A stretch of 64,000 nt of DNA, from the NCBI GenBank assembly GCA_040756075.1, contig JBFLZX010000001.1:28787-92786 (forward strand). The letters run 5' to 3'. This stretch comes from Patescibacteria group bacterium (GTDB lineage: Bacteria > Patescibacteriota > JABMPQ01 > JBFLZX01). The notes beneath the pieces are model-generated. The model searched no databases. It had not been told where the DNA came from and saw only the letters and a program-made list of their open reading frames with translations. Every line of letters begins with the position of its first letter. Positions within the stretch are counted from its first letter, which is position 1. Positions 47,683 to 57,585 of this stretch are shown here, piece by piece. A program made the translations under genes and the position numbers.

Positions 47683-48755
47683 TGGAAAGAAAAAGAATAT
47701 TATTAATAAGCAGAAAATATCCGCCTATGATTGGCGGTATGGAAACTTACACAAAAAATTTATTAAGCAATCTATGTTTATCATACGATGTAGATACAAT
47801 ACTACTTAATAAGAAACAATTTCATCTTATTTGGTTTTTGCCGTATGTTTTTATAAAGAGTTTTTTCTTAAGTTTACGGCATAAATACAGTGTTCTGTAT
47901 ATTTGTGATGCCTTATTGTCGCCTTTAGGCTTAATTATAAAATCAATATTTAATATAAAAACGATTGCGACTGTTCATGGTTTAGATGTTACTTATCCAA
48001 ATTTTTTATATCAAAAAATAGTGCCCTTTTCTTTGTCAAAACTAGATTATTTGGTATGTGTGAGCAATAATACAGTTAGCGAATGTATTAAAAGAGGTAT
48101 TTGTGCATCAAAGTGTATATTTATTCCAAACGGTGTTAATATTAATGAGTATTATTTAGAGCAATCTAAAAATGATGTTCTTGAGCAGCTTAAAGGAAAA
48201 ATGAAACATGATTTTAATAATAAAAAGATATTGCTTACTACGGGGCGTTTGATAAAAAGAAAAGGCATGGATTGGTTTTTGAAAAATATATTTATGCAAT
48301 TAGGGCCTGATTTTATCTATTTTGTAAGCGGCGAAGGACCACTAAAGAGGGACTTAAGGCGTATTATCGATAAACAATCTCTAAAAAATAAAGTTTTTTT
48401 ATTAGGTAAGGTTGATAGAAATACACTAAAGCTTCTTTATAACTCTGCGGATGCCTTTATTATGCCCAATCAAATTATAAAGAGTGACCCTGAAGGTTTT
48501 GGTATTGTTGCATTAGAAGCAGCCAGTTGTGGCGTACCAGTAATTGCTAATGCCGTAGACGGCATAAAAGAGGCAGTCTTAGATGGCAAAACAGGATGGT
48601 TAATAAAGTATAATAATAAAGATGCCTTTATCGAAAAAATTATAAATCCAGGCCTTAGAGCTAATAGTGTAAGAGAAGCAATCCATTCATTTAGCTGGGT
48701 AAATTTAATAAAGAGCTATCAGAAAATTATAGAGAATAATTATGACGATTTATAA
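47682..48755 (+). CDS. GT4 glycosyltransferase
   Basis: KYPPMIGGME, VHGLD, IPNGV, GRLIKRKG, EGFGIVALEAASCG; GTG start. Confidence 0.9.
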   Translation: MERKRILLISRKYPPMIGGMETYTKNLLSNLCLSYDVDTILLNKKQFHLIWFLPYVFIKSFFLSLRHKYSVLYICDALLSPLGLIIKSIFNIKTIATVHGLDVTYPNFLYQKIVPFSLSKLDYLVCVSNNTVSECIKRGICASKCIFIPNGVNINEYYLEQSKNDVLEQLKGKMKHDFNNKKILLTTGRLIKRKGMDWFLKNIFMQLGPDFIYFVSGEGPLKRDLRRIIDKQSLKNKVFLLGKVDRNTLKLLYNSADAFIMPNQIIKSDPEGFGIVALEAASCGVPVIANAVDGIKEAVLDGKTGWLIKYNNKDAFIEKIINPGLRANSVREAIHSFSWVNLIKSYQKIIENNYDDL

Positions 48756-49425
48756 GACTGCTAGCGAATCATCTCAACAAAGGTATTATTTTGATGCTTT
48801 TTATAAAAAAGAAAGAAAAAAAGTTTATTTTTACGAGCTAAATGATTTTAAAAACAGAATCGGAGAGACAGTAGAAAAAATAGTACTTTCTATAGGTAAT
48901 GGCAATAAAAGTCCTATTTTTGAAAATCAAATAATTTCTGATATTTCTTTTGAGGGGATAAAGAAGGTAGATTCAAGGAGAAAAGTTGTTTTAGATTGCC
49001 ATAGCCTTCCTTTTAAAAAAGATAGTATAGATATTATATTTGGGTGGCAAGTTGTACATCATTTAAGCTTGGATAAATTTTTATCACAAGTTAAATTTAC
49101 GCTCAAGAGTGGAGGAAAATGTGTTTTTGTCGATAATGGTTATTCGCCGCATTGGAGAATAATAAGAAATTTATTTCCTAAGAAAAAAAATGAACCGGCC
49201 GAAGATATGAGCGAGGATCTTATTTATCAAAAAATAGAAGAATACGGGTTTAAAAAATTCGATGCAAAAAGATATAATTTTTTTGCCTATTTATTCAGCA
49301 AAACATTTAGGGAGCTTGGTATTAATTTATCTATTAATATTTTAGGAGAAATAGATCAGTTTTTCTCTAGATGGGAATGGTTTAGAAGAAACTTAAGGAA
49401 TATGGTTTGGAGTTTTGAGAAATAA
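48742..49425 (+). CDS. Class I SAM-dependent methyltransferase-like protein (degenerate motif I)
   Basis: VLSIGNG, SDIS, DCHSLPFKKDSID, VVHHL, LKSGG. Confidence 0.65.
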   Translation: MTIYKTASESSQQRYYFDAFYKKERKKVYFYELNDFKNRIGETVEKIVLSIGNGNKSPIFENQIISDISFEGIKKVDSRRKVVLDCHSLPFKKDSIDIIFGWQVVHHLSLDKFLSQVKFTLKSGGKCVFVDNGYSPHWRIIRNLFPKKKNEPAEDMSEDLIYQKIEEYGFKKFDAKRYNFFAYLFSKTFRELGINLSINILGEIDQFFSRWEWFRRNLRNMVWSFEK

Positions 49426-49427
49426 TT

Positions 49428-50879
49428 ATGAATTACAAAAAGATACTTTTGTTAAGGCCAAATTATAGAGAATCGCATTATGAATACACCGGTTTGCCTG
49501 CCGGCATAGGTTATATCTCAGAAGCATTGGATAAAGCAGGTATACCGCAGGAAGTCGTTGATATGTCATTGGGGTATAATTACACCTATCTTAAAAGGCG
49601 TATTGAAAAATTTAATCCGGATATGCTTGGCGTATCATTAATGAGCTTCAGGTATAAGGACCATTATGTTTTGATTAATAAGATCAAAGATGATTTTAAA
49701 AATTTAAAGATTATTGCTGGTGGGCCGCATATCTCAACTTTTAGAGAAAAATCTTTAATTGAATGTAATGCAATAGATTACGGGGTTACTTTGGAAGGCG
49801 AAGATGCAATGCTGGAACTTTGCATGAGGCAGGATAACCCTTTTAACATAAAAGGCCTCTTCTTTAAGAATCGCGACGGGATTGTTTATACTGGTGACAG
49901 GCAATTTAAGCAAAATCCGGATGTTTTTGGATTCCCGAAATATAAATTCTTTGAAAAAGATAAATATCCTAAATTTATTTCACTTTTAACTAGTCGCGGT
50001 TGTCCGTATAATTGTATATTTTGCCCTGTTCAGTTAACAATCGGTAAAAAATTACGCGTGAGGACTCCCGAGTCCGTATTAGATGAAATAAGTTATTGGT
50101 ACGAACAAGGAATAAGAGTTTTTAATGTGGTTGATGATAATTTTACTTTTTACAAACAAAGAGTTATAGATATTTGCGATGGCATCAAGAAAAGGAAGTT
50201 TAAAAATATAACTCTAAGTTGCAGAAATGGTATACGGGCCGATACCGTTGATAGAGAAACATTAAGATTTATGAAGGAAGTCGGATTTAACTATCTTGCC
50301 TTTGGTGTTGAAAGTGGTAGCGAAAAGATATTAAAGGTGTTAAAAAAAGGAGAAAATCTGTCTAAAATAAAAACAGCGATAAAAGATGCCTGTGAGCTTG
50401 GCTTTATGGTTACTTTATTTTTTATCATCGGCATGCCATACGAGACAGAGGAAGATGTTAGCGAATCATTAAAAATTGCAATGGAATTTCCTGTTTTTGA
50501 TGTCCGTTTTTATAATCCGATACCTTTTCCAGGAACGGAGTTATATGATTGGATAGCGAAGAACAATTATTTTAACAAATCCAACAGAGATTATTTAAAT
50601 AATCTTTCTCATTGGGTAAATAAGCCAATATTTGAAACACCAGAGCTACCTTTTGAAGCAAGAAAGGTTCTCTATGAGCGGCTCAATAAGATTATAAAAA
50701 AACATACTTTTAAAACAAAGATTTTATTCTTAAAAGATACAGAAAGGTTATTTACTAACCTTGGAATACCGCTTTTTTTAAGCAAATACCTGGCTAGAAT
50801 TTATTATACGCAGTTTTTTCAAATGTCTTTTATACAATCAGGATTAGCCGCAAAATTTAAAAAGTTTATTAAAAAATAG
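49428..50879 (+). CDS. Cobalamin-binding radical SAM protein
   Basis: PAGIGYI, AGGPH, EGE, SRGCPYNCIFC, DDNF, GVESG, FFIIGMPYET, PFPGT. Confidence 0.9.
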   Translation: MNYKKILLLRPNYRESHYEYTGLPAGIGYISEALDKAGIPQEVVDMSLGYNYTYLKRRIEKFNPDMLGVSLMSFRYKDHYVLINKIKDDFKNLKIIAGGPHISTFREKSLIECNAIDYGVTLEGEDAMLELCMRQDNPFNIKGLFFKNRDGIVYTGDRQFKQNPDVFGFPKYKFFEKDKYPKFISLLTSRGCPYNCIFCPVQLTIGKKLRVRTPESVLDEISYWYEQGIRVFNVVDDNFTFYKQRVIDICDGIKKRKFKNITLSCRNGIRADTVDRETLRFMKEVGFNYLAFGVESGSEKILKVLKKGENLSKIKTAIKDACELGFMVTLFFIIGMPYETEEDVSESLKIAMEFPVFDVRFYNPIPFPGTELYDWIAKNNYFNKSNRDYLNNLSHWVNKPIFETPELPFEARKVLYERLNKIIKKHTFKTKILFLKDTERLFTNLGIPLFLSKYLARIYYTQFFQMSFIQSGLAAKFKKFIKK

Positions 50880-50888
50880 CTTAAGAAT

Positions 50889-52022
50889 ATGAATATTTTT
50901 ACAGTCACAATGACACCGATAAATCCACCTTATGATGATGGAGCAAAAAATATCGTTTTGGGTATTGCAAATCATATAAAAAACCATAATTTTTATTTTA
51001 TTTCTGCTTTTACAAGGAGATTTAAGGCAGGCAGTAATATTTCTTTTATTTTTTCGCCTTTTCAGGGCGTTGGTATGCATAGCATGGCTTTTTTTCAGAA
51101 AATTTATATAACATTAATTATACTTTTAAGGATACAAAAAATAGATATTTTACAATTTTTTTTTACGCCGCAGATGTATTTTTCAAAAATTTTTGGCAAT
51201 TTAGTTAAGAGATACAATAAGAAATCAATCCAAATAGTTTCTTCTGTGCATACGCTTTTTAAAAAAAACTCAGCTGAGATTATACCAGCACTTTTTTTTG
51301 CGGATTATACAATAACCCATTCCGATTATACGAAAAATTTACTTACCGTATTAGGAGTAAAAAATGTACTCAAGGTCTATCCGGGAATAGAATTTAGCCG
51401 TTTTAGAGCTAACCCCTTAGGAAGAAAAAGTAATGATTTAACCGTTCTTTATGCGGGTACTTACAAGATCCTTAAAGAATCATATTCTTTCGAAGAATTT
51501 TATGAAATTTCCAGGATTGTGTGTGGAAATATAGAAAATTTAAAATTTATAATGGCCTGTCGAATAAGGTCAAAAGAAGATCGTTTATACGAAAAGACAT
51601 TTAAGAAGCTTGTAGAGAAAAATAATCTTTTACAGCATTTTATTTTTCTTAATACCGTAGAAGATATGCCTTCTTTAATAAATAATTGTTCTGTCGGAAT
51701 CATGCCGTCAAGGAATCAAATGTCCGGTGTCTTAGAGATTCCTCTTGTGTTGCTTGAGTTGGCGGCAATGGAAAAGCCCGTTATATATAGCGCGATTGAG
51801 CCATTTAATGAATTAGCAGATAAAGGTTTGGGAGTTTGTTTAAATGATATGTCTGCACAGAAATACGCAGAAACTATATTAGATATACTTAAAGATAGAA
51901 ATTTATACGATAATATTTCTAGGGATTCGAAAGATGCCGTTATGAAACATTTTGATATAGAAAAAACTGCTATTGAATATCAAAAAATCTATGCGGATTT
52001 AGAGAAAAATAATTATGAATAA
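50889..52022 (+). CDS. GT4-like glycosyltransferase (divergent)
   Basis: PPYDDGAKN, VYPGIE, LYAG, PLVLLELAAMEKPVI. Confidence 0.78.
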   Translation: MNIFTVTMTPINPPYDDGAKNIVLGIANHIKNHNFYFISAFTRRFKAGSNISFIFSPFQGVGMHSMAFFQKIYITLIILLRIQKIDILQFFFTPQMYFSKIFGNLVKRYNKKSIQIVSSVHTLFKKNSAEIIPALFFADYTITHSDYTKNLLTVLGVKNVLKVYPGIEFSRFRANPLGRKSNDLTVLYAGTYKILKESYSFEEFYEISRIVCGNIENLKFIMACRIRSKEDRLYEKTFKKLVEKNNLLQHFIFLNTVEDMPSLINNCSVGIMPSRNQMSGVLEIPLVLLELAAMEKPVIYSAIEPFNELADKGLGVCLNDMSAQKYAETILDILKDRNLYDNISRDSKDAVMKHFDIEKTAIEYQKIYADLEKNNYE

Positions 52023-53505
52023 TATACGTTTAATTATAAATGATGATTATCCCCTAGATAGTAATACATTAGATATTTTAAAGAGCATGAGCCAAGTAGA
52101 GGGCATAGTAAAGCCTATAGTTGCGCTTCCCGATGTGCATTTTAAATTTTCTTATTATACTCCTACAGGGGTAGTAGTTTTAAGTAAAAATACGATTATT
52201 CCTAAGTTTGTTAACGCAAATTGCGGCATGTCATTTATAATAACGCCATTTTTTGAAAATGATATTAGCGAAGTTATTCTTGATAAATTATTCGATTACC
52301 TTAGAACTAATATAGCCATTACGACAAGAATTTCTCCACTTATTTCCGTAAATGACCTTTCTGATATAGTAAAAAATGGCGCGGAATGGGTATTTGATAA
52401 GCATAGCTTAAATCGGCAGGATCTGCTAAACTTTGAAAATAATGGTTCGGCATTAAAAAACGACAAAAGGCCTATGGCTAAGATTATGTCATTTATACCA
52501 GAATATTGTAAGAAAATCGGTTTATATAGTTTAGGGGTTTTGGGTTATGGTAACCATTTCATAGAACTACAAAAAATAGATAAGGTAACAAATAAGCCAT
52601 TGGCAGATAAGTTTGGTATTTCTCCCGGACAGCTCTGTTTTATGATTCATAGTGATTCTCGGGCTTTCGGACAGTCTATTTATGACTTTTATTCGAAGAA
52701 AGCGAAAAAACTATTAGGCCTACAGCAAGTTTATAAAAAAATACACTATGCTATTGCATCTTCTGAAAACAGCCCGGAATTTATAAGGAATACGTTAAAT
52801 TTAACAAACCAGGCTTTAAACAGGTTAAAATCGACTCTTTATTGGAAATTAGATAGAATAAATAAAAAATCTTCTAAATTTGATGCCATAGGCATAGAGA
52901 CAGAAGAGGCAGATGCTTATATAACAAGCACTGCCTGTGCTATTAATTTTGGTTATGCCAACAGGACTTATTTAGCATCTATTATTCGCGATGGATTTAG
53001 AAAAGTGTTTAATAAAAATGCTGTCGATTTAACTATTCTTTATGATGGCAACCATGATAGCTTGCAGAAAGAAACTATAGATGGAAATGAGTTTATTGTA
53101 CATAGGAATGGGGCAAGCAGGGCATTGTCTCCGCAGTATTTTCCAAATCATCCGGTGTTTTCTTATACGGGACAACCGGTATTATTGCCAAGCGCTTTAG
53201 GAAGAATGTCTTTTTTATGCGCCGCTACGAAAGGATGTCCGGAATCATACTATTCGGCCTGTCACGGAACAGGAAGATTGATTGACAGGGGGCAGGCGAG
53301 ACAGATTTTTAAAACACAAGATGTTTTTAATGAAGTAAAAAAACAAAATATGAAAATTTACGATTATGGCAAAGGTTATATTTCCGAAGAATCTCCAGCT
53401 GCATTCAAAGATGCAGAGAAAATTTTAGAAACCGTTATTAACTACAATATAGCCGATCCGGTTGCAAGACTTAAACCATTAGCAGCGCTTAAAGGGTGGA
53501 GATAG
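52015..53505 (+). CDS. rtcB: RtcB-family (GTP-dependent RNA-ligase-fold) protein, divergent
   Basis: Ordered RtcB motifs LPDVH, NCGM, LGVLGYGNHFIELQ, MIHSDSR, FGYANR, YDGNHD, VHRNGASRA, GQPVLLP, SACHGTGR, EESPAAFKD, RLKPLAALKG. Family is certain; RNA-ligase function is not. Confidence 0.85.
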   Translation: MNNIRLIINDDYPLDSNTLDILKSMSQVEGIVKPIVALPDVHFKFSYYTPTGVVVLSKNTIIPKFVNANCGMSFIITPFFENDISEVILDKLFDYLRTNIAITTRISPLISVNDLSDIVKNGAEWVFDKHSLNRQDLLNFENNGSALKNDKRPMAKIMSFIPEYCKKIGLYSLGVLGYGNHFIELQKIDKVTNKPLADKFGISPGQLCFMIHSDSRAFGQSIYDFYSKKAKKLLGLQQVYKKIHYAIASSENSPEFIRNTLNLTNQALNRLKSTLYWKLDRINKKSSKFDAIGIETEEADAYITSTACAINFGYANRTYLASIIRDGFRKVFNKNAVDLTILYDGNHDSLQKETIDGNEFIVHRNGASRALSPQYFPNHPVFSYTGQPVLLPSALGRMSFLCAATKGCPESYYSACHGTGRLIDRGQARQIFKTQDVFNEVKKQNMKIYDYGKGYISEESPAAFKDAEKILETVINYNIADPVARLKPLAALKGWR

Positions 53506-53506
53506 A

Positions 53507-54130
53507 ATGATTATAGCTTTTTGTGGAATCGATGGTTCCGGTAAAAGCACTTATGTTGGTTATACTATGGATTATTTAAATGCCAAAGGTTTAAAAACTA
53601 AATCTATACATATTATCAGAGATTCATTTTATCATTTTGTCCTTCATAACTATATTGGCAGGATTTCTTCTGTATCCCAAAAACGATTAGAGGATAATTT
53701 AAGAAACCCAAAAAATAAGATTTATCCCTTTATTGTAAAATTTTTAAAAAAAATATTATTATTTATGAATCTCATATATTTTAATTTAAAGCACCTATCC
53801 TATAAAGGCAATTTAAACAATAATATAGTTTGCGACAGGTATTTTTACGACGATTTAGTACAGATGAAATACTTAAAATTAGCTAAGGACAAATTCTTTT
53901 ATTTTTATGAAAAACTTATTATAAAGCCCGACATTATTTTTTTTGTAAAGGCAGATCCGCAAACTGCTTATTCAAGAAAATACGAATATAATTTAGATTA
54001 TTTTTTAAATAAAAATCGGTTATATTCCAATTTATTTAGCCATATTTTACACCTGGAATTAAGCCACCCGGACATAGAAAATAATAAGCAGTATATTTAT
54101 AGACAAATTGACGAAGTTATTCAAAGATAA
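53507..54130 (+). CDS. Thymidylate-kinase-like P-loop kinase
   Basis: IIAFCGIDGSGKST (P-loop), VCDRYFYD, KPDIIF, AYSRK. Confidence 0.8.
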   Translation: MIIAFCGIDGSGKSTYVGYTMDYLNAKGLKTKSIHIIRDSFYHFVLHNYIGRISSVSQKRLEDNLRNPKNKIYPFIVKFLKKILLFMNLIYFNLKHLSYKGNLNNNIVCDRYFYDDLVQMKYLKLAKDKFFYFYEKLIIKPDIIFFVKADPQTAYSRKYEYNLDYFLNKNRLYSNLFSHILHLELSHPDIENNKQYIYRQIDEVIQR

Positions 54131-55071
54131 TGAACAGGAAACGATTGCTTCAGGTATTATTTATTACTATTATAACAGTGATGTTTATTATTTATTTCAG
54201 GAGAAATTATTCACATTTGAAAGATGTGATAAAGATAAAGCCGCATTTTTTAATTTGGTTGGTTCTATTAAATATTACAAACAAGATTTTGGGAGGTTTT
54301 AAAATAAGAACAGCCCTGGAGATATTTAAAATAAGGCTTTCTTTTATGCAGTGGTTTGGAGCTTCAGTTATTAATAATTTTTATAACTATCTTGCGCCTA
54401 AATCCGGTAGTGCGCTTTTAGCGGTTTATTTCAAAAATAATCATAAACTTGAGTACAACAAATATTTAAGCACCCTTGTAGTTATGGCTATGATTACTAT
54501 ATTAACTTTGGGTATAATAGGCTTTGTCACAAGTCTATATGCTTATAAAAACTATATTATAACAAGTTCTTTATTTATCTTAATTTTTATAGCCATGATT
54601 ACTCTGCCGCTTATTTTATTGATTATGCCGCGGATTTACTTTAATAAAAAGGGATTTTTTGAAAAAATAAATAGGTTTCTAGTAGGTTGGCATACCCTAC
54701 GCAAAAATAAAAAGATGATAGCATTGCTCTTTTTATCAGATGTAGGTATTTTAATGTCATTAGCCTTTCGTTACTATATTATGTTTAAAATGTTTTCATT
54801 AAATACCAACCTAATTAGCTGTATTCTTATAGCGCCATTTAACATCTTAATGCATTTTGCAACAATAGTACCTGGTGGCTATGGGATTAAAGAAGCAATT
54901 GTAGGCTTTGTATCCAAATTAACTAATATTGGTTTTGACGGAGGAGTTATATCAACATTAAGCGATAGGATAATAAATATGACAGTATCATTTATATTGG
55001 GGCCGCTATTTAGCTTTATTTTATTTAAGCGCATTTTTATACCTAAAAAGGAGATAGTAAAAAATGAATAA
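54130..55071 (+). CDS. Lysylphosphatidylglycerol-synthase-TM/UPF0104 (flippase-like) membrane protein
   Basis: About 8 TMs; NNFYNYLAPKSG, VPGGYGIKEA, SDRII. Confidence 0.8.
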   Translation: MNRKRLLQVLFITIITVMFIIYFRRNYSHLKDVIKIKPHFLIWLVLLNITNKILGGFKIRTALEIFKIRLSFMQWFGASVINNFYNYLAPKSGSALLAVYFKNNHKLEYNKYLSTLVVMAMITILTLGIIGFVTSLYAYKNYIITSSLFILIFIAMITLPLILLIMPRIYFNKKGFFEKINRFLVGWHTLRKNKKMIALLFLSDVGILMSLAFRYYIMFKMFSLNTNLISCILIAPFNILMHFATIVPGGYGIKEAIVGFVSKLTNIGFDGGVISTLSDRIINMTVSFILGPLFSFILFKRIFIPKKEIVKNE

Positions 55072-56632
55072 ATATAAATCTTGCGCTTTGTTGATTTTGT
55101 TATTTTTTATGTCTTTTTATTCTTTATTTGGTATTGGGCATTTTGGCGGAGATGGTTACCAGGATTATTTAACTGCTGAAAGTATTGTTTTAGATCATAA
55201 TTTATCGCTAAACGATAGGCCAGAGGATATAGATGAATTACAATACATTAAAAGTTTTGGTATCAAGGGTACAGATAATAAAGTTTATAGTTCGCGCACG
55301 GGCTTAGGAGTGCCTATTATACTTGTTATATTTTATTTTTTTGGGCATGTTGCTTCTTTTTTATTTAAAGATTTACCGCATGATTTCATAACTATGTTTT
55401 TCGTTTCATTCGCTAATCCAGTTATCTGCGCATTATGTTGTTTTTTTGTGTTTGTCATCGCTAAGAAACTTAAATTTTCTTTACAAATATCGGCTATATT
55501 AGCGTTCATTTATGGCCTTTCTACTATGTTGCCTGTTTATGCAAGAACAGCATTTAACGAACCTGCTATAGGGCTATTTTTGCTTATTTCAATATATTTT
55601 ATATTAGACTATAAAAGCTCTTTAAATGTTCGTTGCTTAATTTTATCGGGATTGGCAATGGCATATTCATTTTTTATAAAACCGAGTAGTTTAATTTTTT
55701 TAGTTGCTTTATTGCCATATATTATGTGGATTAGTTTTGATTTAAAAATTAATAGTTTAAATAAAATAAAGCATTTTTTCTTTTATGTCGTTTCTCTATT
55801 AGTGCCGGTAATCTTAATCTGTATTTACAACCAGATTATCTATGGAGATTACCTAAAATTTGGCGGACAAGAAGCTTTTAAATTAGGAAAGCGCATTATG
55901 GGGTCAACACATCTATTAAAAGGATTTTATTATTATATGTTTAGTACGGGGAAAAGTTTTATTCTATTTAATATACCAATTGTTTTAGCATTTATCGGCG
56001 CATATAAAGCTTGGCAAGAAAGAAAAAAAGAAACGGTTTTATTCTTGTTAATATTTTTTGTTAATCTTTTATTCTTTGTTAAGTTTTTTAGGCGGGGATC
56101 ACTTTTTAGTTGGGGGCCACGTTATTTGCTGCCATCTTTGCCATTCTTAATATTTTTTATTGGGGATTATTGTCAAAATTATAGAAAGCTTATTTCAAAA
56201 GTAGCCCTATTTGTTTTATCTGTTATTGGTTTTTTGATTATGCTACCATGCTTATTTATAAATCAATCAAAATTTTATTTTTTTATCATTGAAAAGTTAA
56301 GGCTGGATGAATATATGATTAATTTTATCCCTGATTTGTCGCCGATACTTGGGGCATGGAATATGTTAATATCGAGAATTTATTTAAATTTAAAAGGGAT
56401 AGACATTCCCTTTATTTATAACCCGGATTATCGCCTTGTTAACCCTATATCAGCTAGCATGCTTGATTACAATAATTTTGATTTTTGGTTTTTGAAGATA
56501 ATCAAATATAAAACGGATTATAACTTTATTATTTCTTTATTAGTTTTATCTTTAGTTAGTTTAATATTATTATCAAGTAGTATTATTATAAAAATTTTGA
56601 TAAATAAAAATAATTCTCTAGATAATTATTAA
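55064..56632 (+). CDS. GT-C-fold membrane glycosyltransferase (ArnT/PMT-like)
   Basis: GGDG, YSSRTGLG, PVYARTAFNEP, GKSFILFNIP, WGPRYLLP; multi-TM. Confidence 0.7.
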   Translation: MNKYKSCALLILLFFMSFYSLFGIGHFGGDGYQDYLTAESIVLDHNLSLNDRPEDIDELQYIKSFGIKGTDNKVYSSRTGLGVPIILVIFYFFGHVASFLFKDLPHDFITMFFVSFANPVICALCCFFVFVIAKKLKFSLQISAILAFIYGLSTMLPVYARTAFNEPAIGLFLLISIYFILDYKSSLNVRCLILSGLAMAYSFFIKPSSLIFLVALLPYIMWISFDLKINSLNKIKHFFFYVVSLLVPVILICIYNQIIYGDYLKFGGQEAFKLGKRIMGSTHLLKGFYYYMFSTGKSFILFNIPIVLAFIGAYKAWQERKKETVLFLLIFFVNLLFFVKFFRRGSLFSWGPRYLLPSLPFLIFFIGDYCQNYRKLISKVALFVLSVIGFLIMLPCLFINQSKFYFFIIEKLRLDEYMINFIPDLSPILGAWNMLISRIYLNLKGIDIPFIYNPDYRLVNPISASMLDYNNFDFWFLKIIKYKTDYNFIISLLVLSLVSLILLSSSIIIKILINKNNSLDNY

Positions 56633-56637
56633 ATGCA

Positions 56638-57585
56638 ATGGATATACATATAATTATATTAAATTATAACGGAATGGCTCTTTTAAAAAAACATCTACCA
56701 TCTGTAATCATGGCTCATAATCGTTGTTCATATAAAAGCCGCATAACTATTTTAGATAATGGGAGTACAGATGGGAGTTTGTTATATGTAAGAGAAAATT
56801 TTCCCGAAGTGAACATAAGTATTTCTCCAAAAAATTTAGTTTTAATTTCATACAACGCATTTATTCAACAAATAAAAGAAAAAGTTATATTATTGTTAAA
56901 TAATGATGTTAGGTTGTCGGAAGATTGTATTGATTTAATGATGCCACATTTTTTAGATAGTTCTGTTTTTTTTGTTTCTCCGCTTGTTTTGAATAAAGAT
57001 GGAAATGACTTAAACGGAGGCTGTATGGATTTTTCATTTAAATATGGATTATTTCAGAATAAATTCAAGCAGCCGACAGTTAATAAATATTCCTTATTTA
57101 TTGGGAGTAGCGTTGCTTTTGATAGGGATAAATTTCTGGCTTTAAGTGGATACGATTCTATTTATTTACCTGGCACTTACGAAGATGTAGATATATGCTA
57201 TAGGGCTTGGCAAAGGGGATGGTTTGGCATCTGTGAAAAAAAAGCAATCGCTTATCATGACGATTCGGCTTCGTTTAATAAGGAATACGGCAATAAAAAA
57301 CGCCAAATAATATCAGCTAGGAATGCTTATATATTTGTTTGGAAAAACATACACAGCCCCACGATACTCTGTACAAATATTATTTGTTATCCATTAGTAA
57401 TAATATTTAATATGATGCGTTTACGGTTTGATTTGGTTTTAGGTTACCTACAGGCCATTTTTTTATTACCTGCTATTTTTAAAAGAAGGATATTTTGTAA
57501 TAGGCAGATTAAAAGGACGGATTCAGAGATTAAACAACTTTTTAATAGCACATCAGGAGATAAAAATGTATATACTTGGAATTAA
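56638..57585 (+). CDS. GT2 glycosyltransferase (WbbL/rhamnosyltransferase-like)
   Basis: IILNYNG, LDNGSTDGS, LLNND, YEDVDICYRAW, H..SAS. Confidence 0.85.
   Translation: MDIHIIILNYNGMALLKKHLPSVIMAHNRCSYKSRITILDNGSTDGSLLYVRENFPEVNISISPKNLVLISYNAFIQQIKEKVILLLNNDVRLSEDCIDLMMPHFLDSSVFFVSPLVLNKDGNDLNGGCMDFSFKYGLFQNKFKQPTVNKYSLFIGSSVAFDRDKFLALSGYDSIYLPGTYEDVDICYRAWQRGWFGICEKKAIAYHDDSASFNKEYGNKKRQIISARNAYIFVWKNIHSPTILCTNIICYPLVIIFNMMRLRFDLVLGYLQAIFLLPAIFKRRIFCNRQIKRTDSEIKQLFNSTSGDKNVYTWN

Noticed and set aside
53507-54130. Housekeeping thymidylate kinase (tmk)
   Set aside because: It lacks the REPG motif after the P-loop, carries a hydrophobic/basic insert, and sits in a glycan context, so the symbol was withheld.
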